DNA of 59,625 nucleotides from a virus. Its lineage: Duplodnaviria; Caudoviricetes. Below the pieces are notes generated by a model, which worked only from the letters and a program-made list of their open reading frames with translations, searched no databases and was not told where the DNA came from. Location: IMG/VR virus record IMGVR_UViG_3300020044_004496, positions 1 to 59,625 of that record; one strand, 5' to 3'. A program made the translations under genes and the position numbers. Below are positions 27,701 to 35,725 of this stretch, one piece after another (the first letter of the stretch is position 1; every line of letters starts with the position of its first letter).

Positions 27701-28076
27701 TAGCATTGAGCTGTGCCTCAACAGCACGCACAGGATCTGGCAGCCTGACAACTGATGGCACGGGGGCTGCGGCGGGCTGTTCAAATGACAGCGGCTGCGG
27801 AACCTCGGCCATGACGGATTGACCGGGTCTTGCAACGGCGCGACCCTGCGCACCCTGTCTAGCAAAACGCGGGTTGAAAGTTACTGGGCTACTGGCCGCA
27901 GCCAATTCCGCGTCAGTAACGGGCGGCTCTGCTGGGCCGGCCGGCGCGGCAGCTGGGGCGGCGGGCTTCTGACGCTCCAGTGTGATGCGTTTGGCTGTTT
28001 GTTGAATTACAGACGGGTCAGTGTCGTCAGGAAATTCAAGAATAGTCCCATCAAAAAGCTGGGCTTCAATTGCCAT
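18705..28076 (-). CDS. 3123-aa polyvalent (DarB-like) injected virion protein: ParB-like, C5-DNA methyltransferase-like, GHKL ATPase, HExxH peptidase-like, LPD38-like C-terminus
   Basis: VISGRHR; LSLFD..ACPCTDF..IENPVG; ELLQNSFDA..DNARGM..GGLGL..GTTVTV; HEIAH; last gene of the ejection-protein cluster. Confidence 0.8.
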   Translation of the reverse strand: MAIEAQLFDGTILEFPDDTDPSVIQQTAKRITLERQKPAAPAAAPAGPAEPPVTDAELAAASSPVTFNPRFARQGAQGRAVARPGQSVMAEVPQPLSFEQPAAAPVPSVVRLPDPVRAVEAQLNAMPAAQRQEAIARLRNDPQYGAAVQEVERRYAELEKAPSTMRRAADQRLEARTAQLIEQGLRPEYAEQQAQIDALRNQPSSLQQATRDIVGEQAGEAAAAQAEALKDAGFWERVGAGTASAMRKSGMGVMLAAADSGVFGNKDQASKNLLNAIRVESARGEAVPEGESIFQKSAQGAMTSLAGQAPTMILGVLTGSAAPVLAQAAIQTFGQEYADGRASGLTGQQASARAAPMAAAEVFFERFGMTKALAGLRAHVAANGLESVPAYVAKSIATEIPSELATTATQYGIDILPTVGLKKPSLVGLYNELEETLRQTVLQAGATAGVTTGVVKATQAAKDLAKGGRQPYKRDTSYEGLAQRMIEQAGFLPAQRAAAPVTPPAAPAPQAAAPVEPPAPQEDMGLLADDYLNKIGQQVPGMVQEEQVVAPPVEAAAPEARPEPPAIEQPAPPHTVAGLPIVEAPVDQLKLSEDVPQFKAEANVKGVVEPLGGKFERTGVAPIQLWRRTNGDLEVISGRHRLDLARRSGEQTIPAQIHDEAAGFDKQRAATLDAELNIRDGQGKVKDYVSYFKGANISKEEADARGLLARAIGKRSFAIANEGSEELIAAHRADVVGDEAAYLIAQNAPNDSRLQAVGIKAVQDGKSASNAVNMMQAVKALAGERDTTTDMFGFDDSAMREAEEMAKIAARKQREIAQRLSVMTGASKNPALAKAEGIDIKDPAAVQKRVEELRQAKSAWDSWSTNPNLVAEIRAERGVAAPELTLRGETEEEIRKREEAAPEEQRKAEEKAIADREVDLFGLQPQTQEREEPPTEDLFGGEAELSTEYQIALEKSRKATQEFNKLQQAYRDQEIGDEEFLAGRRRFDAAQAEFDKAHEKEAGRGETPPTREFAPPLEDAKEVISEAPPKGATDQEVADIADVFAEYEGHSLDADGGQVTHVFDAPAKSEIVRTEDKSKIYHKEFGWMTLDQAKEQINKWKEHAEAQGKTGENSDKIVLSLFDLTGQWSQPWEDAGYQVFRFDIQNDPEVGDVQKFSTEFFNDYFGSFEGQDVYAILAACPCTDFAVSGARHFAAKDADGRTRQSIELVQQTLATVEYFKPAVWAIENPVGRIEKLTGLPPWRLAFNPNHFGDPYTKKTLLWGRFNADLPISPVEPSEGSKMHKMYGGKSQATKNARSVTPEGFAYSFFMANNAVDNPILAVANKYDRLDRHVIEDAISAGVSPKEIDEAVEDHYYMDLDDKAAESAVRELIAERKKDDAAEAKFVENKVKGDLEKIAEGFLIGDIVRLGNTPGVVVGVEGDYVRFRPDSAKSPKAYQRVQSKQLTMVARPDQVPDSAASKTPDQEKKFGTEAGHLNADMGGLIQLLGANMYASNLADVAVKELLQNSFDAVKGAVSSLKGPSLYKVGKIDIKIDRDARTISITDNARGMTPEIVREAFFTVAGSNKSDLAPEERSGGLGLAKMGFMLGSERLQLNTVRDGVRVTVDTTSKDIANSKFEIKKSPAPKDEHGTTVTVTIPENYIDPKTGDERMIWFPWASDAVEPLNHPLIGPVEVNLEFNSYGSKSTTQLAAGVNFPVADYQQFKVNFDWGSADIYFGVNRKERPKHQVLSSGVYQFDHRFALNQTEVIPCDIIVNVKPNVEAKHPDYPFENSRERFKGRLDNDVNALQAYLAQLARGNEMADLQESFKGIVSMPRVEAGQELADTAKKLKKVFDQRGATQELTQLPPLPKEVTVTGQQVLDQLGTVLVDTKKQEEKKKEASLQAEKAAPDRSQFMLDMKQDPSLPIYHNNTNVDFLEVGRQYGEPEKFFAELGTLMVEMKEALAKSGIWGYDVLTPENLFFAGVSVDKKYGGVHIKVPYKAVLLNPFYDWGAKSLFGVRQNFLNTMIHEIAHTGSMDHGVAHNSQMIKVEQYLADEGLLDYFRDALLDILSRHESAFTAMREAYGKSTTQNTAKSLEDYGKQPGAASSRGDGGGGPDSLPVVQTGARSARSEDLRGGAEEDTGRKVSEGAGEALDDERLLKKYSRPHTPMIDTAPVKNMLLKSGRLGKQLLKDSVTDPRAAVGLAFNKIDAGITYLRNKNTWYGTGLGGADFARYSGSMRTADALATASVALDNAIRSGSIATEVIFRGGIKFNPKAGVFVAVNRAKGMAGVYKAEAKLKAKLGDQVGTDIIQGYLEAKRSRSIQNEMFDREAEYESLNEMLKEMRAKKSADPKDVAKLKELAALVEEAKEDVSRIKIAFNKIKMSDEEIDDFIAREKAHPELREIMDNWTAVNQNMLRFWRQVGLLSQGRYEVLSAIKDYVPWNRIMDDEEDIHSPVQTTTRSMTNIGKEKLFKAGKPAVITDFKAKAGQKVFKIQPASIVSASINGKSVPSSKIEATPRGDVRLNVPISEGDLVVFQTSREIENMIDNMTRNVMRMTMNGIRQYAAQRIVNEYATRDENDKIMVFPSADRNKGRFNFIANGKKIVVEISDPLVAESVFGMETLNLTMLKPLSMASNFVRRTLTLSGAFQISQLFQDAPTAAWVTGVKNPVALFGGVYKGFVTSLTNTDPVVDILKAAGIGGFKSLARTPEAEIKQRLGVMNKNAYSFVMQALDHIGDASDMAQRVAVYKRVMAETGDEMQALYQAANVLNFNRHGSGALAQAIVKTVAFANAYAQTIEVLFQALSGGGLKGMARAKALQRIAITGGLLASTTLLYCMLVGGDDEYDKLDDQTKLKNYVIPGTKIAMPMHTSAAYFYKAIPESIYNYVTKRGTDTPVDRKRLVDSLQHAAMDMLLGPTPVPTGARPIIELTLDHDFFTGRNITPSRLKNVKAAEQYNSTTSEAGKILSGLTGTDEKRLLNPIEADHLIRGLFGSAGVSVQWASNVLGEASSNRAAMTPKQYPLVGRFMLPTVATGRERLFYDLKEQVDKEYNTMQTQIKREKIQKLQALTPENKKLIGLHDYVSQMDDQLKELNSLIQQIGESESKRFSPEERREKIDQLTAAKQKILTGVERIRSFSQQP

Positions 28077-28103
28077 AATTTCGCCTTAAAAATGCTGTGA
28101 CAA

Positions 28104-29630
28104 TTATTCAGTTACTAGCTCGCCCTTGGCATTAAATTTCATTCTTTTCATAGGCGCTGCGGCTGGGGCTGCGGGCGCAACAGCCGGAGCAGCAGCTGGG
28201 ACGGCAGAGCCAGGGCTTTGGCGAACGCGCCTTAGTGCCGCAGCATACAACTTATCTTCATATTCTTGCGCAAGAGCTGTCGGCCTTCCTTGCTCGGCAT
28301 TTTTCCTGTCCTGCTCTTGCAGCGTCATGATTTGCAAGTTATGCGGATACTTTTGGATTTGTGCTTGCACAAAATCACTGGCCTCTCGACGCAACTGCAC
28401 ATCTTGGCCACTGGCTGCGGTTGAGGCCGTGGAAGCTATACCTGCATAGCGCGGATCATATGCCGCCTTGTCTCGGACGTAATTGGTAATTCCTTCGCGT
28501 TTTATTACAGCGTCTGGACGCTTGTCTCCCTGAGCTCTTTGCGCCTCAAGGTGAGTATTTGCAACAATACTCAAGTCAGTTGGCTGTCTGCCAGCGCGTG
28601 CCGCTTCTTGTTGGCCCAGCGCAGATGCCATAGAGCCCCTGACGCTGATGATTTTTTCATCCAAGCGCTCAAGTCTGGCTTCTTTCTTGTCCTTAAACTC
28701 TTGGTTGACGCGAACATCGCCGCGAGCCTCGGCGCGACGCTGATTCTCAAGCTCGGCCAGCTCTTTGTCCCGCTGGGTCATGAGGTTGCGCAGTTCCTTT
28801 TGCTCAGCCAGATACCCAGGAGCGGCTTGTGCAGCACCCACTGACAGCGGCTGTGTCAATGCACCCAGAATTCCTCCAGAGCGCGGCACCCCAGGCTGTG
28901 CTGCGGCAGCGGCCATGCCAAAGCCAGTGGTCATCAGGAAGTTGCGCAAAGCATCTTGTCTGCGCTCAGGCTCCTGCGCCTTAAGAGCTTCCAATTGTTT
29001 TTGACGGGTGGCGCCAAGCTCGCCGGCGATTCCGGCCTTGGCATACAAGTCCCTGATATCTACGTCCGGCTGATTGGCATATTGGCTGCGGATGTTTTCC
29101 AGTTCATTTTGCATTGCCCGAAAACGGCCAAGGCTGGTAGTGTCGTCGGGCTCAGAATATTGATTTACAGGGGATGCCGCCATGATTGCAGCCCGAGCCT
29201 CTTCGTCCGTCAGGCCACCCTTTTCAAACGCCACAATCCCGCCGCCCGCGTAGTTGGCCGGATCAAAGTTGTAGACAGGCAGACTGGTCAAGCCACCCTC
29301 AGCCATAGGCTGCTGCGGAGCTTGCTGGGGCGCTTGCGGCATCTGCGGCGCCTGCTGCATTTGCGGCTGACCAAGCATTCCACCGGAAGCTTGTTGCAGA
29401 GCAGCATTCTTCAGCTCATCGTAGACCGTCATGGTCTGTGGCTTGGGCATAGGCGTAGCCATGCGCTCCAGCATCTTTTGCAGCTGGAAGATCTCAGCCA
29501 GCGATGCGCCGTACCTTGGAGCATCTGCTGGGTTGGCGGATACATGCCGCACCATCTGCTGCGTGGCAGGATTGGCCAAGTCAAACCGACCGCCGGGGCC
29601 GGCCAAGAACATTGGGTTATTTCGTTGCAT
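28104..29630 (-). CDS. Putative internal virion/ejection protein
   Basis: Ala/Gln-rich helical; position between tail genes and the giant gene; start moved to ATG 29630. Confidence 0.6.
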   Translation of the reverse strand: MQRNNPMFLAGPGGRFDLANPATQQMVRHVSANPADAPRYGASLAEIFQLQKMLERMATPMPKPQTMTVYDELKNAALQQASGGMLGQPQMQQAPQMPQAPQQAPQQPMAEGGLTSLPVYNFDPANYAGGGIVAFEKGGLTDEEARAAIMAASPVNQYSEPDDTTSLGRFRAMQNELENIRSQYANQPDVDIRDLYAKAGIAGELGATRQKQLEALKAQEPERRQDALRNFLMTTGFGMAAAAAQPGVPRSGGILGALTQPLSVGAAQAAPGYLAEQKELRNLMTQRDKELAELENQRRAEARGDVRVNQEFKDKKEARLERLDEKIISVRGSMASALGQQEAARAGRQPTDLSIVANTHLEAQRAQGDKRPDAVIKREGITNYVRDKAAYDPRYAGIASTASTAASGQDVQLRREASDFVQAQIQKYPHNLQIMTLQEQDRKNAEQGRPTALAQEYEDKLYAAALRRVRQSPGSAVPAAAPAVAPAAPAAAPMKRMKFNAKGELVTE

Positions 29631-29631
29631 G

Positions 29632-30657
29632 TTAGGACACCTTTCCAACGCCACTGAGCAGACTGCCTAGGCCTAGTCCAAGACCAGCCACCTGACCAAG
29701 GTAGTTTGGCGGAGCCTGATAGATCGACTGAGCCTGCTGGGTAAGGGGCATGCCGCGCAGAATATCTGACATGAAGCTGAGTTGCTTGTACGGGTAGTTC
29801 TGCTGGTTCAGGAAGTCCTGATAGGCCGTGGCCAGCTGCTGCTGGTTCAGCGCTTGCTGTTGCTGTCCAGCCTGTTGCTGTGCACCCAGAATTCCCATCT
29901 GCTGACCGTATTGGCCTTGACCCAGCTGACCCAGTGTGGCCGCCTGTTGCCCAGCCAAACCCAGCCCTTGCAGACCAAGGTTGGCGCCAAACTGCTGCGC
30001 CTGTTGCGCCTGTTGAAACGCATTTTGGTAACCCTGACCAATCGCTTGGTTCATGGCTATGTTTTTGTTGCGCTCGTTTTCAGCTTGCATCAGCGCTTGA
30101 CGGGTTCCGCCGAATGCGCCGGCTGCGGTAGCGCGAGCTTTTTCCTGCTGGCCGGTAATCCCGTACTGGCGCTGCATCTCCTCCAACTGTGGCTGAAGCG
30201 CATTCTGAATGTATGGAGACATGTACGCCTGTTGTGCGTACGGATCAGTCGCCATTTGTGCATAGTTGCGTCCAGCTGCCAAGCCGCCAAGACCAGCTAT
30301 GCCGGACAGTTGAGTTCCTTGCGCCAGCTGTTGAGCCGGCTGAAGATTTGCAATCCCCTGAAAAGCTTGCTGCTGCATGGGGGTAAACCCAGCAACCCGC
30401 TCGCCTTGATATTGCTGGTACGGATTCTGGCTAATGTCGGTTACCGCCTGGGCTTTGCCAAGCAAAGTCTCAACGTACGGTTTGGCGTAGTCGGGGATGC
30501 TGGTCTGCGTAACCGTTTGAGTAGTTGGTGCGGCTGGAGCAGGGGCGGGAGACGGATTGCCACCAAAGCCATAGACAATACGACCACCCTCTTTTCGGGT
30601 AACGCATTCGCCAAGGGGCTCACCCAAGGCATACAGTTGTCGGCGGGAATGGCTCAT
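29632..30657 (-). CDS. Putative internal virion/DNA-ejection protein
   Basis: Gln/Gly-rich, YMSPY..AGAFGG.R, hydrophobic Gly-rich C-terminus. Confidence 0.65.
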   Translation of the reverse strand: MSHSRRQLYALGEPLGECVTRKEGGRIVYGFGGNPSPAPAPAAPTTQTVTQTSIPDYAKPYVETLLGKAQAVTDISQNPYQQYQGERVAGFTPMQQQAFQGIANLQPAQQLAQGTQLSGIAGLGGLAAGRNYAQMATDPYAQQAYMSPYIQNALQPQLEEMQRQYGITGQQEKARATAAGAFGGTRQALMQAENERNKNIAMNQAIGQGYQNAFQQAQQAQQFGANLGLQGLGLAGQQAATLGQLGQGQYGQQMGILGAQQQAGQQQQALNQQQLATAYQDFLNQQNYPYKQLSFMSDILRGMPLTQQAQSIYQAPPNYLGQVAGLGLGLGSLLSGVGKVS

Positions 30658-30665
30658 TTTGTCTC

Positions 30666-31118
30666 CTACAGCAATTTGGTAAACACTTTGTCTGTCTGTT
30701 TGTAGCCAAGGTACTCAAACAATCTTGAGTTATCCAAATGCACCTTGGTCCCGTAAATAATCCTGTTGACGCCTCGTTCCTTTAGCACCTTCTCTGCGTA
30801 TTGGAACAACTTGATTCCAATCCGTCCACGCCGATATTCCTTCTTGATGAAGTAAATATCCTCAAATGCCGTTAAACACGTCTTGTAGTGCAAGTGTGGT
30901 TGGATAATAAATATAATGTATCCAACCGCCTCTCCATCAATCCTGCAAGTAATGAACCGCAGCATCCCTGCTTTTGCAAGTCGCTCGTACGCCTCGTAGT
31001 CAGGGTCAAGCGGAAACTCTTTAGTAACAGACAACTCTTCATAGTGATCTGGGTAAAGAGCTTGCAATTCATACAGCGCCTTCAGCCCATCTTCGTCGTG
31101 ATACGAAAGAGTACTCAT
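30666..31118 (-). CDS. GNAT acetyltransferase
   Basis: YFIKKEYRRGRIGIKLF..RLFEYLGY. Confidence 0.85.
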   Translation of the reverse strand: MSTLSYHDEDGLKALYELQALYPDHYEELSVTKEFPLDPDYEAYERLAKAGMLRFITCRIDGEAVGYIIFIIQPHLHYKTCLTAFEDIYFIKKEYRRGRIGIKLFQYAEKVLKERGVNRIIYGTKVHLDNSRLFEYLGYKQTDKVFTKLL

Positions 31119-32671
31119 GCCGGGATGTATTTCTCCGCATTGATTTGACGACCCTGAGCTTTACGCCCAGTCCGAGCTTGCCGTACTTTGTCCATCATGC
31201 CGTACAGACGTTTTGCGCCTGCGTCGGTTGATCCATTGCCAAGGTGAGAAACCACGTCCGCTGGTATCACAAACTCTCCATCAGCCAACGCAGCCCGTTG
31301 GGGTTTTGCCCCCTTGATTACGGCAGGAATGTCGTCGGACATACCATCTCCCGGACCGCGCAGCAGCTTACCACCAGCCGCATATTCAGGCAGAGAGGCG
31401 ATACCGCCGGCCGCCATTTCCGTATACTGCTGATCGTCTGGCTCGTAGGCGTATTGCATCATATTGGCTCTAGGATTTTCTAGAGCTTTTGCTGCATTTA
31501 TCTGCTCAATTAACCTGCTTATTGCGCCACCACCAGCCATGCCCTCCGCGCCTGTAAACGGATTGATTTTTGGGCCATAGCCGTCCACTACCTCTTGGGA
31601 TTCTGTGGCTGGCAGGGTGGCGTAGGAGGACTTGCTGATGTTGGAGCCGGGGTAGTTCTGACTCAGGTCGAGCGGCAACGACGGCGACGGCACCTGTCCG
31701 CCGGCCGCAGCGCGGTATGGGGTCTGCTCTGTGTAACCTTGATCCAAAAAGTACGGGCTCTTGGAGTAGCCGGCCGATGTTATGTCTTTCGTATACGCGG
31801 GATTAACTGCGCCGGGTCGGTATGTATAGGGACGAATCATGGCCGGCGTGCCAACAGGAACAGTTCCTGGGGCCAGCGTGTTTTGTTGGGCTAATGAACC
31901 AAGCCCAGCTGTAATCAAGGGCGAGGCTACAGTCAGTGCGCCACGCATGCCAATTCGGTCATACACATCCCCAGCAACTTGAGCTGGGTTTGTCATAAAT
32001 TGATTTGCTGCGCTGGCGGCAGTTTTGTAGCTAGGAGACAGCAAGCTTGCTTCTGCTCCGCCCTTTAATGAGCCAAGCGATTCAGCTATTGCATTTGGAT
32101 CTGTTACGCCCATTCGTGTCAGCTGAGCCAATTGAGCTTCTTGCGCAGCATTCATGCCAGGCATAGCGCCTTTAACCATTTGTTCTGGCGTTAACATAGA
32201 TTCCGGCGGCAAGGTTTGCATATAATTTGCAAGTTGACCTCTTGCGGCCTCACTTCCTTCAGACGCAGCTTTTTCCAGCAGCGCCGTATTGGCAGTCTGG
32301 GCGCCGGTTTCTGCCAAAGCATTCCCAAGCCCAGCCCCGCCGTATGCCCCAAGGCCGGCCATCAAACCTTTGGATAGGCTCTTGTTCATCAACGCTGATG
32401 CGCCGCCAACCAAGGCCGCTGTTTGCCACGCGCTAGTCAGCCCAAGAGAAGCTCCGCCAGTCTCTGGCGCCAACGCCAAACCAATAACCGTTGGCAGCAA
32501 AGAGCTCAGGAAACCCGCCTCCGGCAGGCCTGTCTGGGGGTTGATGGTCAAGGAGCCGCCGTGGGCCATCGCCAAACGCTGAAGACCCTGTACTTCGCCA
32601 GGCGTCATGTGGACGAGCATCTTGTCTTCGCCCCGCCCGAGCGAGGCCAAACCTTGGGCTACTTGGTGCAT
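31115..32671 (-). CDS. Putative internal virion protein
   Basis: GRGEDKMLVHMTPGE..INPQTGLPEA N-terminus; GPGDGMSDDIPA..LADGEFVIPAD C-terminus; GGAGG RBS before ATG 32671. Confidence 0.65.
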   Translation of the reverse strand: MHQVAQGLASLGRGEDKMLVHMTPGEVQGLQRLAMAHGGSLTINPQTGLPEAGFLSSLLPTVIGLALAPETGGASLGLTSAWQTAALVGGASALMNKSLSKGLMAGLGAYGGAGLGNALAETGAQTANTALLEKAASEGSEAARGQLANYMQTLPPESMLTPEQMVKGAMPGMNAAQEAQLAQLTRMGVTDPNAIAESLGSLKGGAEASLLSPSYKTAASAANQFMTNPAQVAGDVYDRIGMRGALTVASPLITAGLGSLAQQNTLAPGTVPVGTPAMIRPYTYRPGAVNPAYTKDITSAGYSKSPYFLDQGYTEQTPYRAAAGGQVPSPSLPLDLSQNYPGSNISKSSYATLPATESQEVVDGYGPKINPFTGAEGMAGGGAISRLIEQINAAKALENPRANMMQYAYEPDDQQYTEMAAGGIASLPEYAAGGKLLRGPGDGMSDDIPAVIKGAKPQRAALADGEFVIPADVVSHLGNGSTDAGAKRLYGMMDKVRQARTGRKAQGRQINAEKYIPA

Positions 32672-32705
32672 AACAGCCTCCAAAAGGCGAATTTTGTCAA
32701 TAATA

Positions 32706-33620
32706 TCATGTGGGTAGGGCCGACACAAAGGACATCGTAGCTATGACAGACGCCGTAGCCGGACGGGTCGGACTGGTTGCGGCGGCGTAATACTGAAGCG
32801 AAACTGAGTCCAAAGTTGCCGACCACCACAGTTCCACAAACTCATTTGCCTGTAGCTCTACAAAGTAGTTCCAACCAACAATTTCATGCGCCTCTTCCCC
32901 CGCTGCCGCGCTCTTTCGGGCTGGTATGGAAACGAAGCCTGTTGACCCGTCGACATCAACACCAGCACCTGATGCGTCTTTGCGCAGCCACACGCTAATG
33001 TCTTGGATTTGGTTGTCTGTATTTTGGAACTGCCCAGACCATTGCAGGTTGTAGATGCCGGGGTTGTCCACCACAATTTTGGACTGAATGGTTCCAGTAA
33101 TGGTCAGGCTAGTTCTTTCTTGCGAGACGCTGACAACGTATGCGCCAACACCGCCAGCCGTGCCGGATGTCTGCGAGACAACTTTTGTTCCAGCCGTAAT
33201 CGACCCACCGGTTAGCGTCATGCCAAGGTAGATCGTGCCGGAAGTAACGGCGGTGACAGTCAATACAGTTCCAGCGCCGGGGGGCGTGCCGTCATCAATT
33301 CTGCCCGTGAACACCGCTGTGTGTGAACCAAGACTTACCCCGTTTGCATAATCAGTGATATCAAAGCGCATGACTTGCGCAGTGTTTGATGGAATAGTCT
33401 GGTCGGTCTGATCTTGAAACGCTCCGTACGGAAACCGGATGAACTTGCCTCCACCGGCCCCGGACCCAAGCAGAGTCTGCATGGCGTTATCCAGCTCGTT
33501 GAAGTAGATACGCAGCTGGTTATTGAGCTGATCCTGATAGCGTTGCTCGTACTCAACCGTTGCCACCGCAAGGTTGGGAGCCTTTGGCGGACGAAGATAG
33601 TTGGTGATGATCGTGGCCAT
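32706..33620 (-). CDS. Putative tail protein
   Basis: Beta-rich; GIYNLQWSGQF C-terminal domain; structural module. Confidence 0.55.
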   Translation of the reverse strand: MATIITNYLRPPKAPNLAVATVEYEQRYQDQLNNQLRIYFNELDNAMQTLLGSGAGGGKFIRFPYGAFQDQTDQTIPSNTAQVMRFDITDYANGVSLGSHTAVFTGRIDDGTPPGAGTVLTVTAVTSGTIYLGMTLTGGSITAGTKVVSQTSGTAGGVGAYVVSVSQERTSLTITGTIQSKIVVDNPGIYNLQWSGQFQNTDNQIQDISVWLRKDASGAGVDVDGSTGFVSIPARKSAAAGEEAHEIVGWNYFVELQANEFVELWWSATLDSVSLQYYAAATSPTRPATASVIATMSFVSALPT

Positions 33621-35716
33621 CAGCGGCGTCCATCCGGGCGGATATCAATCCGTGGCGTACCTAACTGCCACGTTACGTCCAGATCAGTTGAGTCAATCTT
33701 GAATGACATCTGTCGTCCACGCAGTCTGGTGTAGACCTGACCCGTGTACTGATCAACCGTGTAGGACGATGCTTGTACCGTGGTTGGGTCTGGCGTTCCA
33801 TAAGCAGAGCCTGAGTTTTGGCGCGGTCGCACCGTCATGGTTAGTTGGCTACCCACCGCAGACTGCGCAAAGTTCACGTCAGGGATGATCCGCCACACGA
33901 AACCAAAGTTGTGACCATCGCCAATATCAAAGTCAGACGATCCGACGTATGCCTCAATTGGCAAGGCGGTCGGCAACGATCCGTCGTTTACCCCTACCTC
34001 GTGGTACATCACTTGGTTCGGTACAAGGTAGGAGACGGTGTCGTATTGAGAATGCGAGGCCGCAGTTGTTCCAGCCACACCACGGGTGCAGCCAGTCAGC
34101 GTGTTTGAACCGCTGCCGGTGTAGGTAATGATCTCCGAGCCGATCTGTATCGTTCCCGCGTACGGGTAGGACGTAGCATCAACCAGTGTAATGTTGGTTG
34201 CCGTTGCAGTAATGCTGGTATCTAAATACGACGTCTTGACGCTAAATGCACCCATTGGCCGCTGACGAAGAGCACTGTCTAGCCAAGCCGTACGGTTTAT
34301 CGTACCGTAGTACCAGATACGCTCAAGGTGATTGAAGATGACGTAGCTATCGTTGACAGGACTATTGGCTGACGGATAGAACCACCAGACCTCGTTGTAC
34401 CCTTCATTGCTACCGGACACAACTTGATATGCTTGATCATAGTTAAAGTTGTTGAATACATACTGTCGCAAGGTGCATGGCAACGTTTCAACGCGACCGG
34501 TGTAGGTGTAGAACTTATCCACGCCCATCCAGTACGTCACGTTGTTCACCGAAGTTACTGCGCCGGGTGACATGATTGAGATATTGTCAGCAATGAGGTT
34601 AAAGCCCCAGACATACGGCGGTCCAAGGTACTGCATCACAAACAATGCCGTATCAGTGTAGATCAGATTTTCTTGGCGGCTATGCACACCAGCCACAATT
34701 GTGGAACCATTTGACAATTTTAGCTCACCCGATTGGTTTGTGGCGGTTGGAACCCAATCGTAAATATTTTCTTGATCAGACCAACGCACCAGCATTGGAT
34801 CAAATGTGGTGTTGGCATCCGTTGGATCGTATGGGTTGGAACCAAATGCAATACCAAAACGTTGAGTGTCAGAAGCAAAAATTTGAAGGGTTGTGTGCGG
34901 CACGAAAGAACCGGAATATCCAGCCGTAGTTGCCGCCGAAGAAAGGGTGATGGCACGGGCGTAACTGCTAGTATCCGCCGCCCAGTAGTAAATAGTGCCG
35001 CCACGAATTGCCATGACCAAATCTTGGCCAAAATTGTCAAACGACCACAGACGAAGCTGTTGACCAATACCAACGGTTGTAGCTGAACCCCACGTCCCAC
35101 GACTCCAAGTACCAGCACCCCATCCATTACCCGTGGCGTAAACCGCCAAACCTGCCGGTATGTCATAAGTTGCTGTTACCGATGCCCCGCCCCCAGTAGT
35201 TGTAGAAGATGCGGCAGAGGCAGCGATAATGGTGTAGCTGTTGCCATCAGGCACGGTAACAATTTCATACTCACCACTAATTGTCAGGCCAGCAACCGCA
35301 GTAGCTCCGGCAAAAGTTACATACGTTCCCGATGTTGTACCGTGACCAGACGCCGTTACAGTGACTAGCTTTGATCCAGAGGTCGTGGCAAAAGGATTAT
35401 TGGCAAGCGATACAGGCGAAGCAGATGTGCGAGGAGTGATGTCGTTGTAGTTGCCACCGTTCTCGATGTAGACCTTGCAGCTTGTACCCAGCGCCATGAG
35501 GTTGCTGTAGTTCAGCGTCACCCAGTTCCATAGCGACCGCACCACACCCTTGAAGGTGTAGGTGTTTGGGTTGGACAGGCTTTGCCAGCCGCCCAGTTTC
35601 TCAGGGTAGCCTGAGCGGAAACGAATCTTGTCGCACTCGTACCAGCCACCCTCGTTGGAGTAGTTCGTACCCTCGCGGTTGACGCCCGGTCGAAACTGAA
35701 GTTTTTGTAACGGCAT
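33620..35716 (-). CDS. Tail nozzle/stabilization protein (P22 gp10 / T7 gp12-like)
   Basis: 698 aa, beta-propeller-like, VRWSDQE, EVWWFYP, C-terminal R.DIRPDGRR. Confidence 0.6.
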   Translation of the reverse strand: MPLQKLQFRPGVNREGTNYSNEGGWYECDKIRFRSGYPEKLGGWQSLSNPNTYTFKGVVRSLWNWVTLNYSNLMALGTSCKVYIENGGNYNDITPRTSASPVSLANNPFATTSGSKLVTVTASGHGTTSGTYVTFAGATAVAGLTISGEYEIVTVPDGNSYTIIAASAASSTTTGGGASVTATYDIPAGLAVYATGNGWGAGTWSRGTWGSATTVGIGQQLRLWSFDNFGQDLVMAIRGGTIYYWAADTSSYARAITLSSAATTAGYSGSFVPHTTLQIFASDTQRFGIAFGSNPYDPTDANTTFDPMLVRWSDQENIYDWVPTATNQSGELKLSNGSTIVAGVHSRQENLIYTDTALFVMQYLGPPYVWGFNLIADNISIMSPGAVTSVNNVTYWMGVDKFYTYTGRVETLPCTLRQYVFNNFNYDQAYQVVSGSNEGYNEVWWFYPSANSPVNDSYVIFNHLERIWYYGTINRTAWLDSALRQRPMGAFSVKTSYLDTSITATATNITLVDATSYPYAGTIQIGSEIITYTGSGSNTLTGCTRGVAGTTAASHSQYDTVSYLVPNQVMYHEVGVNDGSLPTALPIEAYVGSSDFDIGDGHNFGFVWRIIPDVNFAQSAVGSQLTMTVRPRQNSGSAYGTPDPTTVQASSYTVDQYTGQVYTRLRGRQMSFKIDSTDLDVTWQLGTPRIDIRPDGRR

Positions 35717-35725
35717 AACTTTTCC

